A DNA stretch of 64,000 nt from Chitinophagales bacterium (GTDB taxonomy: Bacteria > Bacteroidota > Bacteroidia > Chitinophagales > Chitinophagaceae), in the NCBI GenBank assembly GCA_015654695.1, contig JAATGJ010000156.1, positions 1-64,000 of the forward strand, read 5' to 3'. Every line of letters begins with the position of its first letter. The first letter of the stretch is position 1. A model generated the notes under the pieces. That model was not told the DNA's origin. It did not search any database and worked only from the letters and a program-made list of their open reading frames with translations. The position numbers and the translations under genes were made by a program. Below are positions 1 to 9,896 of the stretch, one piece after another.

Positions 1-153
1 GAAATCAAAAGAACTGGCGCTCGCAGCGAAGATTGATGATTATGTGAAGTTGAATGATAAGTTGCTGGCGAGTTTGAAATAAGAAACCGCCCAAACCTCT
101 CCTCCAATTGGCGCAAGGCTTACGAAGAGTAAAATAATGTACAAATAGCTCCG

Positions 154-1908
154 TTACACCGGGGCTATTTCTTTTTTTGGATGAGTAGCTGGTAAAAATT
201 TATTTAATAAAATGGCGAAGAAGATAACGCCAAATGCGCCAATAGGATTTAACCAAAGAAAACCCATTTTAAAAACAGGCGGACTGGTTTTGGTAAAAAT
301 GAATACAGTTAATACCAATAGCTCTGCCAATACAGCTCCCCAGAAGACTGCATGGCTGTTCTTAATACTCTTAAAAAAGAAAGCTACTAAGAATACACCG
401 AGTATCACACCATAGAATAATGAGCCAAGTATATTCACCGCTTCAATAAGGCTGTTGCCGATATTATAGGTAAACATGGCCACCACGATGCAGAATACGC
501 CCCATAGCAATGTATATTTTTTAGAAAGCCGGTATTCGTCCTCACAACTGTCTTTCTTTTTGGTAAGCCTCCGGTGAAAATCCACCATGGAGCAGGAGGC
601 TAATGAATTAATAGCGGCTGCAATACTTCCCCAGGAAGCAAGAAAAATGATAGCGATCAGTAAACCCACCAATCCTGCCGGCAAATGATCTACTACAAAG
701 CGGAGGAAAATATAATTGGTATCATTATCATCTCCCTTTACTTCTTTAGAACTGATCCAGCCCTTTACTTTTTTTCGTAAACTGTCCGATTGCTTTTGCA
801 ATGACTGCAACTCAATGGTTGATTCATCAATGGCTTTTATTTCTCCTGCGTCCATTACTTTAGCAAATGTGGTAACAGTGGCCTTTTTTTGCTCAGCAAT
901 ATTGTCATACTGCTGCTGTAACAGCAGGAAAGAATCTTTATAAACGGAACGTTCCAGTTTTTTTACCTGCACATCATTGAAAAAGACAGGCGCATTATTG
1001 AATTGATAGAAAGTAAATACCAATACCCCTATGAGTAAAATTAAAAACTGCATGGGCACTTTTACAAACCCGTTCATCAGCAAACCCATCCTGCTTTCTT
1101 TTACTGATTTCGCGGTCAGGTATCTTCCGACCTGTGATTGGTCTGCGCCGAAATAAGAAAGCGCCAAAAAGAAACCACCAATTATGCCACTGAGCAGATT
1201 ATACTGATCGCTCCAGTTGAACCCTTTTTCTGTAATACCAGTTGTTATTACATTCAGCTTACCCAATTTACCGCTAACCTGCAACGCATCCGCAAAACCT
1301 ATATTGGCCGGCAGCATATTCACTACCATATAAGCGGCAAGAAACATTCCAATGAAAACAATGATAAGTTGTAATTGTTGTGTGTAAGCAACAGCCCTGG
1401 CTCCGCCTGTCATGGTATAGATGATGAGCAAGCCGCCCATAAATAAGTTTGTCCAATAGATATTCCAGTCAAGTAAAGAAGAAAGAATAATGGAAGGAGC
1501 AAATACGCTGATACCGGTGGACAATCCCCGCGACAACAAAAACAACAAGGAGGTAAGTGTTCTTGTCTTGCCATCAAACCTTGATTCTAAATATTCATAC
1601 GCTGTATATACTTTTAATTTGCTGAAAATGGGAACAAAGAAAACACAGATCACGACCATCGCAATAGGGATCCCGAAATAATACTGAACAAACCGCATTC
1701 CATCCGTATAAGCTTGGCCGGGTGCAGAAAGAAAAGTGATAGCGCTGGCCTGTGTCCCCATGATACTTAGCAGTATCAGCCCCCAGGGCATGCTGCGGTT
1801 GCTGAGAAAATAACCATCAAGGTTGCGGGAAGTACGGCTCTTATATAAACCGTAGGCAATGATGGCAAGCAAAGTAACAACCAGTATAATCCAATCGAGC
1901 TGGCTCAT
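154..1908 (-). CDS. sodium:solute symporter (SSS family) with a large cytoplasmic coiled-coil insertion
   Basis: 584-aa polytopic membrane protein. The N-terminal motifs (GYFLSNRSMPWGL, TFLSAPGQAY) are typical of SSF/PutP-like transporters. A roughly 100-aa charged, coiled-coil-like loop sits between TM blocks. ATG start. Confidence 0.9.
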   Translation of the reverse strand: MSQLDWIILVVTLLAIIAYGLYKSRTSRNLDGYFLSNRSMPWGLILLSIMGTQASAITFLSAPGQAYTDGMRFVQYYFGIPIAMVVICVFFVPIFSKLKVYTAYEYLESRFDGKTRTLTSLLFLLSRGLSTGISVFAPSIILSSLLDWNIYWTNLFMGGLLIIYTMTGGARAVAYTQQLQLIIVFIGMFLAAYMVVNMLPANIGFADALQVSGKLGKLNVITTGITEKGFNWSDQYNLLSGIIGGFFLALSYFGADQSQVGRYLTAKSVKESRMGLLMNGFVKVPMQFLILLIGVLVFTFYQFNNAPVFFNDVQVKKLERSVYKDSFLLLQQQYDNIAEQKKATVTTFAKVMDAGEIKAIDESTIELQSLQKQSDSLRKKVKGWISSKEVKGDDNDTNYIFLRFVVDHLPAGLVGLLIAIIFLASWGSIAAAINSLASCSMVDFHRRLTKKKDSCEDEYRLSKKYTLLWGVFCIVVAMFTYNIGNSLIEAVNILGSLFYGVILGVFLVAFFFKSIKNSHAVFWGAVLAELLVLTVFIFTKTSPPVFKMGFLWLNPIGAFGVIFFAILLNKFLPATHPKKEIAPV

Positions 1909-2030
1909 GCAAATCGTTTCGTAAACAATGAAAATAAAATGATCAGTACAATAAGGAACAGGATCACCAGCACATACCAGTAATTCCAGTTTTTGAACAA
2001 TGGCGCTTTATCGTTATCCTGTGTTTGCAT
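1905..2030 (-). CDS. tiny single-TM membrane protein (41 aa) translationally coupled to the symporter
   Basis: Unlisted ORF MQTQDNDKAPLFKNWNYWYVLVILFLIVLIILFSLFTKRFA. Its TGA overlaps the symporter ATG in an ATGA arrangement. Small subunits ahead of SSS transporters are a known arrangement (DUF485/DUF4212/YhdT-like). Confidence 0.35.
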   Translation of the reverse strand: MQTQDNDKAPLFKNWNYWYVLVILFLIVLIILFSLFTKRFA

Positions 2031-2034
2031 ATAA

Positions 2035-2172
2035 TTATTTCCGGGTCGAGCGAAGCCATCCAAGAGCTATAATTGCCCCGCCAATGACCATGCCCAGCAG
2101 TATCCCAAGCCTCACCCTCTTTATTAATACACCTACTACCAGTCCAAGTATAATGGCTACGATAAAAGCCAT
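2035..2172 (-). CDS. small two-TM membrane protein (45 aa)
   Basis: Track ORF 2035..2232. The internal ATG gives MAFIVAIILGLVVGVLIKRVRLGILLGMVIGGAIIALGWLRSTRK, with two Gly-rich hydrophobic helices. Its stop lies 4 nt before the start of the 41-aa ORF. The overlapping plus-strand 87-aa ORF looks non-coding. Confidence 0.35.
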   Translation of the reverse strand: MAFIVAIILGLVVGVLIKRVRLGILLGMVIGGAIIALGWLRSTRK

Positions 2173-2301
2173 CTCGCCTCTCCTGGTACTCGGTTTTCTT
2201 TCTGTACTCATTAAATTTGTTTTAAACCTCACCCCAAAGCCTCTCCAAAAAAGAAGATATTAGAACCTGTTGATCAAAAAAAATTCCACTTAGCAGAGTC
2301 T

Positions 2302-2338
2302 CCGAAAGTCCTCCCGATAAATCGGGAGGATTTAGGGG
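2302..2338. repeat. short GC-rich hairpin repeat element, copy 1 (intergenic)
   Basis: ccgaaagtCCTCCCGAtaaaTCGGGAGGatttagggg carries an 8-bp perfect stem. It shares the flanks cgaaagtcc and ggatttagggg with the copy inside ribD near 34175. Confidence 0.5.
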
Positions 2339-2347
2339 AGGCCGTTT

Positions 2348-4948
2348 CTAAAATCCTTTTTTCCTGTTCAATGCAATAATATTCGCCAGTAACCTGTATG
2401 CACCAGGTACACCCGCCGGTAACTCACGAAAGAAAACAATCCCCGTATAAACAAATATCCCTTTACCATATTTCGCTATGATCAAACTTCCATCATCGGG
2501 TTTCTCCCCGGGATCATTCATGGATAGCACGGTTTCAAATTTTGTGCTATCCCAGGCCGCAGCGTGGTAAATACTTCTTTCCTGTATCCATCCTTTAAAA
2601 TCATCCTGTGTTATTTTATTAGGAAAATTAAATACAGGATGCTCCGGTTTTAAAAAACTCACAGGAGCATTTTCGTCAGTTATCCTGTTTCTGGATACAT
2701 TAAAATTATATGGCCCCATTTTAGCACGCACCGGGCCGATATTACTGCTGGTGTTATATTGAACGATCAGGTTGCCGCCATCATTGACGTATTTCATCAG
2801 CTTATCATAATAGTTATTCATCCATTCATTCGTGTTGTATGCCCTGACACCGGTAATGATCGCATCGAACTGCTGTAAATTATTTCTTGCAAGTTCTTTG
2901 TCAGTCAGCAGGGTTACATCATAACCCATCTGTTCCACTGCTTCAGGAACTTTATCACCGGCGCCAATAATATAACCTATCTTCTTTCCGTATGTCTTCA
3001 GGTCAATAAAAAGGGTCTTCAGGCCATCAGGGAAAAAATATTTTATGGATGGTATATGATCATAGTTAATAGCTCTTACAGAAAGATAATAAGAAGTTGA
3101 ATCATCCTGTTGCGCATACGCATAAGCCACATCTTTATCGTCAGAACGGGTATAGTATTTTTCAATTTCATTTTTCTGTGCCGCTGTAATGGTTTTTTTC
3201 TTTAAAAGAGAGTCCAATTGTGAAAGCAATCTTTTCTTTTCTTTATTGCCGGATACCCGGGCGGAATTATTTATAGTAAACGAAATATGCCCTGATTGTA
3301 GTTTATTATACCCTAAAGTATCTTTTACGGTAAGAAGCGTATCCCTGGTCCTTAAAAAATAATTTATATTCTTCGGCAACTTTTTATTTGCATTTACCTG
3401 CATCTCCACTTCTTTTTCCTGCAACAGGTTATTACGAAACAGTATCAAAGAAGGGGAACTCATAACAGTAGCGCCGGGGATCACAAATACAGGCTGATAT
3501 AACTCTCCTTTCACCGGATCAGTAAACCGGTACTTCACAGGCTGCTCAAAATCAAAATCCTGTTCTTCAATATTCAGCCTGATATTGACAGTATAGCCTG
3601 CGTCCATATCAGCCTGTCCTATTTTTTGCTGGTCTGGTACGTTGAAATAACCTTCTTCCATTTTATTGACCAGCCAGTATGGCTGGGTAATGGGCTTACT
3701 GGCCGGGACAAAGAATGCTTTTCCAAATAAGATATTCCTGTTCTTCTCCAATGGCAGATTGAATGTTGAATCAAATGCATCAACGGAAATATTTTTTAGT
3801 ATCGCGCTGGCTCCAAGGCGGTTATTTAATGAAAAATTGATCAGGATCGAATCAGTCTGTACAACAAATTGCTCTGAAGACGTTGCACTGATAAATAACC
3901 CGCTGCATTGGCCGATCAGTTGCTGCGTTTCTTTCATCTTCTGCATTTTCCAGTAACCATCGGGCAGTGTTTTTAATAACTGGTATAAGGCTTCCAGTTC
4001 TTTCACAGAGTTTTCAGGATGCAACAGCTCAAATGAGGAAGCGATCTTATTTATTTTCTTTTCTATTATATCACCTCCCTGCACTCTTTTCCAGCCAGCC
4101 TCCACGCCATTCATTATATCATCTGACGGTGCATCTCCCCCTGTATTTTTAAAATATTCCAATGCCTCCCCTCTTGAGCCAGCCGAACCAAAACCCTGGC
4201 TCTTATGATTGCTCCGGCTGATAGCCGCTATCTCACCATAACTTTTTCCCAGCAAAGGATTATAACCACCCACATCAAATTTGAATTGATCAGCGCTTGT
4301 CAGGTTAGTACCCCCGAAATTGAAAGAATTCCAGAGAATTCGTTTGGCCTGCCACACTTGTACATATTTTAATTGTTCAGGAAAACGGGTTGGATCAGCA
4401 GCTGCGGTAAACGCTTCATTCGCTAAAATAGCTGAAGCAGTATGATGGCCATGACCACCTTCACCCGTTGTCGGGAATCTTGTAATGATCACATCAGGCT
4501 GAAACTTCCTGATCACCCACACCACATCACTCAATATTTTTTCTTTATCCCATTTGGTAAAAGTCTCCTGCGGGTTTTTAGAATAACCAATATCAATAGC
4601 ACGGGTAAAAAATTGCTCCCCGCCATCTACTCTCCTGGCAGCTAATAATTCCTGTGTTCGTATCAATCCTAATTCAATTCCCTGTTCATCACCGATAAGA
4701 TTCTGGCCGCCATCACCCCGCGTCATGGATAAATAACCGGTACGATATAATTTATCCTTCGAGAAATAAGTAATAAGCCTTGTATTTTCATCATCAGGAT
4801 GTGCTGCTATATATAAAACAGAACCCAGCACATTCAGCTTTCGGATAGCGAGATACATATCGGCTGATGTCCAGCTTTGGGGTGCCTGGGAGAAAACAGG
4901 AGACGCAAAACAAAAGGTGGAAATAAAAAAGAGTATAGTTTTTCTCAT
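2348..4948 (-). CDS. secreted PIG-L/LmbE family deacetylase fused to a C-terminal ThuA-like / class-I glutamine-amidotransferase-like domain
   Basis: 866 aa with a signal peptide. The N-terminal AHPDDE motif is typical of PIG-L/LmbE. The C-terminal 250 aa (GYIIGAGDKVPEAVEQMGYDV...GGNLIVQY) resembles a ThuA/GATase1-like fold. Confidence 0.8.
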   Translation of the reverse strand: MRKTILFFISTFCFASPVFSQAPQSWTSADMYLAIRKLNVLGSVLYIAAHPDDENTRLITYFSKDKLYRTGYLSMTRGDGGQNLIGDEQGIELGLIRTQELLAARRVDGGEQFFTRAIDIGYSKNPQETFTKWDKEKILSDVVWVIRKFQPDVIITRFPTTGEGGHGHHTASAILANEAFTAAADPTRFPEQLKYVQVWQAKRILWNSFNFGGTNLTSADQFKFDVGGYNPLLGKSYGEIAAISRSNHKSQGFGSAGSRGEALEYFKNTGGDAPSDDIMNGVEAGWKRVQGGDIIEKKINKIASSFELLHPENSVKELEALYQLLKTLPDGYWKMQKMKETQQLIGQCSGLFISATSSEQFVVQTDSILINFSLNNRLGASAILKNISVDAFDSTFNLPLEKNRNILFGKAFFVPASKPITQPYWLVNKMEEGYFNVPDQQKIGQADMDAGYTVNIRLNIEEQDFDFEQPVKYRFTDPVKGELYQPVFVIPGATVMSSPSLILFRNNLLQEKEVEMQVNANKKLPKNINYFLRTRDTLLTVKDTLGYNKLQSGHISFTINNSARVSGNKEKKRLLSQLDSLLKKKTITAAQKNEIEKYYTRSDDKDVAYAYAQQDDSTSYYLSVRAINYDHIPSIKYFFPDGLKTLFIDLKTYGKKIGYIIGAGDKVPEAVEQMGYDVTLLTDKELARNNLQQFDAIITGVRAYNTNEWMNNYYDKLMKYVNDGGNLIVQYNTSSNIGPVRAKMGPYNFNVSRNRITDENAPVSFLKPEHPVFNFPNKITQDDFKGWIQERSIYHAAAWDSTKFETVLSMNDPGEKPDDGSLIIAKYGKGIFVYTGIVFFRELPAGVPGAYRLLANIIALNRKKGF

Positions 4949-5007
4949 TCCTTCAATTATTCAGCGAATATAACAGCTATTTATTTAGTGTTTCAAACCG
5001 CCGGTAC

Positions 5008-5047
5008 AAAAAAACGATCCCGCCTCGTTTCAAACGAGACGGGATCG
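5008..5047 (-). terminator. rho-independent terminator downstream of the flotillin gene
   Basis: On the minus strand: CGATCCCGtCTCGTTtgAAACGAGgCGGGATCG followed by TTTTTTT. The two-tiered GC-rich stem sits 30 nt after the flotillin stop. Confidence 0.6.
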
Positions 5048-5077
5048 TAATCTTTACTAACTCTTAACAAACAATAA

Positions 5078-7003
5078 TCAGTTCTTCGTTTTTGGATCAT
5101 TATCCTTATTCACTTTCTTGCCTAATTGTTCCAGCAATTGTAATCCAAGCAAACCACTGATACCCCCGTTGGCTCCATCACCGCCACCACTGATCAATAC
5201 ATCCGGCATGATCTTCACATTCTGATTGGCGATAGACTCCATCACTTTCAATTGTGTAAAATTATCACCGCCCATAGCGTCAACAGAAAGCTTGTATGAT
5301 TCCGCATTGGATTTACCAATGGCCAGTATCTTTTCCGCTTCCGCGTTACCGGTCAACGATATTCTCTCGGCTTCAGCTTTTGCCAGCAATTCAATTTGTT
5401 CCGAATTCGCTTTTGCCAATACCCGTATTTTTTCCGCATCACCACTTGCCAGTAATTTTAAACGGTCTGCTTCAGCGGTTGATTGAAGCCGCACACTATT
5501 CGCTTCACCGGTTGCCTTTTTTACTGAAGCATCAGCGATACGTTCCGCGATCAATACACCCTGGTCGGCTTTTACGATCTCTTTTTGTATTTCCGCGATA
5601 GCTGTTTCTTTTTCCAGGCTCTGCCTTGTTTCCTGCGCTTTCTTCTCCGTTTCGTAAGTGATCTTTTGTTCTTCAGCCAGTTTACGATCTGTCAATGTTT
5701 TCATCAGGCTTTCTGGCGGAACAATGTCGCCGATCAGCGTATCTACTCCATAAACATTGTATTGTTCCAGTACTCTGCCGATATGTTCCTTGGCGGACAT
5801 CTGTCTTTCTTTACGTGTACCCAGGAAGGCTATCACATCGCTATCCTGTGCACTATTACGGAAATAGTTACCGATAGTCGGCTCCAGCACCTGGCTCACC
5901 AGGTTATTCATATTACCGAAGCGGGCAATCACTTTCGGCGCTTCAGTTGTTGGTATGTGAATGATCTGTGACACGTCAAGATTAAAAGGGAAACCATCCT
6001 TACTACGTACAGTAATGGTGGAAAGATTCTTATCGAGTTGATGTGATTCACTTCTTGCACTCGCCCAGTTCAATACAAGGTTAGTGGTAGGCACCAGTTC
6101 CACTTTCATGATATACGGATTGATGGGGTATTTACCGGGACCTAATGGCTCGGCCCAAACACCTTTGAATCCTTTGGCAATAATATTACCATGTTTGAAT
6201 TCCACACCGCTTAAATCTTTACCCTCTTCACCTACATAAGAAATAACAACACCTACATGACCAATGGCTATCTCCGTCATCTTAACCATCTCCAGTTTAG
6301 CGAACCAGGGATTAAGGAAATAAGAACCGGCGAGTATCACCTGTTCCTGTAATCCTTTTAATCCATCACTTTGCAAAAATTTGTCAGCGTCCTGGAATTT
6401 GTTATGCCCTTCAATGATCTTACCGGCGATCTGCCCTTCTTCCAGCGGTTTACCTTCCGCTGTAGTTACTATACCTACGGCATTGTCCGGGATCATTGTC
6501 ATATCTGTTAACTCCAGTTCAAACAGAAAAGTATTGATACGGTAAGAACCCGGAGCAATAATAGCGGTCTGTCGTCCCTTACGTCCGCCATTTTTTAAAA
6601 AGGCTTCCGCATCCTGGAAGGAATCGCAATCAACTTTACGGCCTAGTATCCGCCCGGTTTCCAGTTCTATGCCATCTTTGGCCAGCACTAATCCTATCTT
6701 ACCGGTAGGAATAATAACAAAGGGTTGAAAATTGACAGAGTATTGCCATATCCATTTCCCGAAGTAAACACCCGGCGCTAATGTTTGCGCCTGGAAACCT
6801 GCCTCACCACTGGTAGCAATGATGCGGCCTTCCGGTAGTTCCTGCTTACCAAAGAGTACAAATTTTTTGATAACAAGCCCGATCTTATCTTCCGGCACTA
6901 TGACGAGCCCGAAGAAAACACGCAGGATGAATTTGTAAAACAATAAAATAAATAAGGGGATGCCGATGATCATTCCCCAGCGGATCAAATCTTCTTTTTC
7001 CAT
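5078..7003 (-). CDS. flotillin-like SPFH/Band-7 domain protein
   Basis: 641 aa with an N-terminal TM segment. It has repeated SPFH-like segments, a long Ala/Glu/Lys-rich coiled coil (EKKAQETRQSLEKETAIAEIQKE...) and a Gly-rich C-terminus, as in FloT/YqiK. Confidence 0.85.
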   Translation of the reverse strand: MEKEDLIRWGMIIGIPLFILLFYKFILRVFFGLVIVPEDKIGLVIKKFVLFGKQELPEGRIIATSGEAGFQAQTLAPGVYFGKWIWQYSVNFQPFVIIPTGKIGLVLAKDGIELETGRILGRKVDCDSFQDAEAFLKNGGRKGRQTAIIAPGSYRINTFLFELELTDMTMIPDNAVGIVTTAEGKPLEEGQIAGKIIEGHNKFQDADKFLQSDGLKGLQEQVILAGSYFLNPWFAKLEMVKMTEIAIGHVGVVISYVGEEGKDLSGVEFKHGNIIAKGFKGVWAEPLGPGKYPINPYIMKVELVPTTNLVLNWASARSESHQLDKNLSTITVRSKDGFPFNLDVSQIIHIPTTEAPKVIARFGNMNNLVSQVLEPTIGNYFRNSAQDSDVIAFLGTRKERQMSAKEHIGRVLEQYNVYGVDTLIGDIVPPESLMKTLTDRKLAEEQKITYETEKKAQETRQSLEKETAIAEIQKEIVKADQGVLIAERIADASVKKATGEANSVRLQSTAEADRLKLLASGDAEKIRVLAKANSEQIELLAKAEAERISLTGNAEAEKILAIGKSNAESYKLSVDAMGGDNFTQLKVMESIANQNVKIMPDVLISGGGDGANGGISGLLGLQLLEQLGKKVNKDNDPKTKN

Positions 7004-7427
7004 GATGGTTTAATAATTAATGATGATAAAAATATTTGTTTAATGCAGATACGGGCTGCTGCAGCAACCAATGATGCTAACAAGTTGTAAACAAGGCGCA
7101 GCTTTTCACTACAGCTGTTATGAAAATAGCCACAGTTTCAGGCTAAACGATCCTGTTTGGCTTATCGTTTATTTGTCAGATAATCGCGGGAGGTGAGGTA
7201 TTATAGATCGTGAATTTAATTTCCGATTCAATAGAAGAAAAATGCCAATGATCAGATTCCATGGTGGAAGTAATTGAGAAAGTAAAATTATAGAAAAAGA
7301 AAACACCACTGGGAAAAATCATTGCAACAGCATTACGAAAAGGCAATTATCTTTATAACCGGTTCAGTAACATGACAGCTTTAGTCTTATCTTTTTATAG
7401 ACAACTCACTTTAAACCCCGGGTTCGT

Positions 7428-9152
7428 ATGATGCGAAACAAGTATTGGCTTTATTTAATATTCTTTATATTTCTTTCGTGCAAAACTTCGCAGAAGAACA
7501 ACAATAGTTCCATCTCTATTGATCCGTATAAGTATACTATTCAAAAAAGCACTATCGCGGAAAACGGCGCTGTTGTTTCCGCTCATCCGCTCGCCAGCAA
7601 GGTAGGTGTTGAAATATTGAAAATGGGTGGCAATGCGATTGATGCCGCAATCGCTACTCAACTGGCATTAGCGGTTGTTTATCCGCAGGCAGGAAACTTA
7701 GGTGGCGGCGGATTTATGGTAGCAAAGCTGGGAAATGGAAAAGAGATCGCTATTGATTACCGGGAAATGGCGCCGGGTTCCGCTCATCGTGATATGTATA
7801 TTGATTCTGCCGGTGTCGCCAGGACCGATAAAAGCCAGGATGGTCATTTATCAAGCGGTGTACCCGGAACAGTCGCTGGGTTGTTTGAGTCAGCGAAGTA
7901 TGGTAAACTATCTTTTGATAAACTGATACAACCTGCCATTGACCTGGCCGAAAAAGGATTTACTATCAGCGAACGGGAAGCAAGGTCATTAAATACGTTG
8001 CAGGATGAATTAAAACAATTCAATACGGTAACGCCTGTGTTCATAAAAGAAAGTGGATGGAAAGAAGGTGATACACTGGTGCAAACCGATCTTACCCAAA
8101 CATTAAAACGAATAAAGGAAAAAGGCGCTGCCGGTTTTTATGAAGGAGAAACGGCGAAGCTGATCGTGGAAGAAATGAAAAGAGGTAGCGGTATTATTAC
8201 ATCCAGCGACCTTAAAAACTATACAGCAAAACTGCGTGAGCCGCATACATTTGATTACAAAGGGTACAAAGTATTGGGCATGCCCATGCCGAGCAGCGGA
8301 GGTATATTACTTCACCAGATGATGAAAATGATCGAAGAAAGGAATATCGCTTCCATGGGTTTTCAGTCAACACAGGCAGTACAACTGATGACGGAAGCTG
8401 AAAGAAGGGCTTATGCTGATCGTGCCGAATACATGGGCGATGCGGATTTTTATAAAGTACCGGTGGATATGATTACCCATCCTGTGTATTTACAGGAAAG
8501 AATGAAAACCTATGATCCTGCAAAAGCTACACCGAGTACAATGATCAAACCGGGGATTTTGATAAGAGCCGAAAGTAAAGAGACTACTCACCTGAGTGTA
8601 ATTGACAAAGAAGGTAATGCCGTTGCCGTAACTACTACATTGAATAATTCTTATGGTAGTAAAACAGTAGTGGGCGGTGCGGGATTTTTTCTCAATGATG
8701 AAATGGATGACTTCAGCATTAAACCCGGCGTTCCGAATATGTACGGTGCGGTGGGCGGTGAAGCCAATGCCATCATGCCCGGAAAAAGAATGCTAAGTTC
8801 TATGTCACCAACTATTGTATTAAAAGATAATAAACCTTTCCTGGTGGTCGGCACGCCGGGAGGAACTACTATTCCCACATCTGTATTTCAAACTATCGTC
8901 AATATCATCGAGTTTAATATGAGTACGGAAGACGCGGTGTATAAACCAAAATTTCATCATCAATGGTTGCCGGATACACTGGCCATTGAGAAAGGTTTTC
9001 CGCAAATGGTGATTGACTCCATGCAAAAAATGGGTTATCATTTTTATGAGCGGGGTGCGATAGGCAGAACAGAAATCATAAAAGTTTTAGCAAATAAAAA
9101 GTTTGAAGCTGTGGCAGACAATCGCGGAGATGATGATGCGGAAGGATGGTAG
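7428..9152 (+). CDS. ggt: gamma-glutamyltransferase
   Basis: 574 aa with a lipoprotein-like signal. The catalytic Thr region TTHLSVIDKEGNAVAVTTTLN and the GGGGFM and PGGTTIP motifs are diagnostic of GGT. Confidence 0.95.
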   Translation: MMRNKYWLYLIFFIFLSCKTSQKNNNSSISIDPYKYTIQKSTIAENGAVVSAHPLASKVGVEILKMGGNAIDAAIATQLALAVVYPQAGNLGGGGFMVAKLGNGKEIAIDYREMAPGSAHRDMYIDSAGVARTDKSQDGHLSSGVPGTVAGLFESAKYGKLSFDKLIQPAIDLAEKGFTISEREARSLNTLQDELKQFNTVTPVFIKESGWKEGDTLVQTDLTQTLKRIKEKGAAGFYEGETAKLIVEEMKRGSGIITSSDLKNYTAKLREPHTFDYKGYKVLGMPMPSSGGILLHQMMKMIEERNIASMGFQSTQAVQLMTEAERRAYADRAEYMGDADFYKVPVDMITHPVYLQERMKTYDPAKATPSTMIKPGILIRAESKETTHLSVIDKEGNAVAVTTTLNNSYGSKTVVGGAGFFLNDEMDDFSIKPGVPNMYGAVGGEANAIMPGKRMLSSMSPTIVLKDNKPFLVVGTPGGTTIPTSVFQTIVNIIEFNMSTEDAVYKPKFHHQWLPDTLAIEKGFPQMVIDSMQKMGYHFYERGAIGRTEIIKVLANKKFEAVADNRGDDDAEGW

Positions 9153-9209
9153 ACCAGCCCGGAGTCGTGTGCCGTGTTTTCATTTTTACTTTTGAATTAA
9201 TCTCAATTT

Positions 9210-9755
9210 ATGAGTATAGGGAAAGAATTTTTACAAACAACCATCCGCAGGGTAAAATATTATAAAGACCTTGGCGACAAAACATTTGAACAACTGTATG
9301 ATGCGGATTTTCATTACCAGCCAAATGATGAATCGAACAGTATCGCGGTTATCATTCAGCACGTGGCGGGTAATATGCTCAGCCGCTGGACGAACTTTCT
9401 AACGGAAGATGGTGAAAAAGAATGGCGGCAACGGGATGATGAATTTGCTGTTCATACCTATAGCAAGCAACAATTATTGGAAATATGGGAAAAAGGATGG
9501 GCCTGTTACCTTGATACACTTGGTTCATTGCAGGAAGACGATCTTTTAAAAACAGTTTATATACGGCAGGAAGGATTAACCGTTATTGATGCCATCAACA
9601 GGCAACTGGCCCATTATCCCTATCATGTTGGCCAGGTCGTTTATATTGGCAGGGTCATTAAAAATCATTCCTGGAAAAATTTATCTATCCCCAAAGGAGA
9701 GTCACAACAGTATAATAAAAGCGAAGTGGTCAAAGACCCGTCCAGGAAGTTTTGA
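9210..9755 (+). CDS. DUF1572 / DinB-like family protein
   Basis: 181 aa. The HVAGNMLSRWTNFL and AHYPYHVGQ segments match the DinB/YfiT-like four-helix fold family. Confidence 0.75.
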   Translation: MSIGKEFLQTTIRRVKYYKDLGDKTFEQLYDADFHYQPNDESNSIAVIIQHVAGNMLSRWTNFLTEDGEKEWRQRDDEFAVHTYSKQQLLEIWEKGWACYLDTLGSLQEDDLLKTVYIRQEGLTVIDAINRQLAHYPYHVGQVVYIGRVIKNHSWKNLSIPKGESQQYNKSEVVKDPSRKF

Positions 9756-9896
9756 AAGGGTGAAATAAGCCGGCTGGCTTAAGGAATTAATCTATATTTT
9801 TGCCCCTTCATATAAATAAGTAACCATCCCGTTTCTGGATGAAGATAACCCTCCTGTGCAAGTCGGCCCATTCAACAATCAAATTATCCTAACCTG

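Noticed and set aside
2000-2263. 87-aa plus-strand ORF
   Set aside because: Its Pro/Ser/Thr-rich translation is implausible. The minus-strand small membrane ORFs in the same space are better supported.
5226-5971. Several 60-130-aa plus-strand ORFs
   Set aside because: All are antisense to the flotillin gene. Their low-complexity A/S-rich translations mirror the coiled coil.
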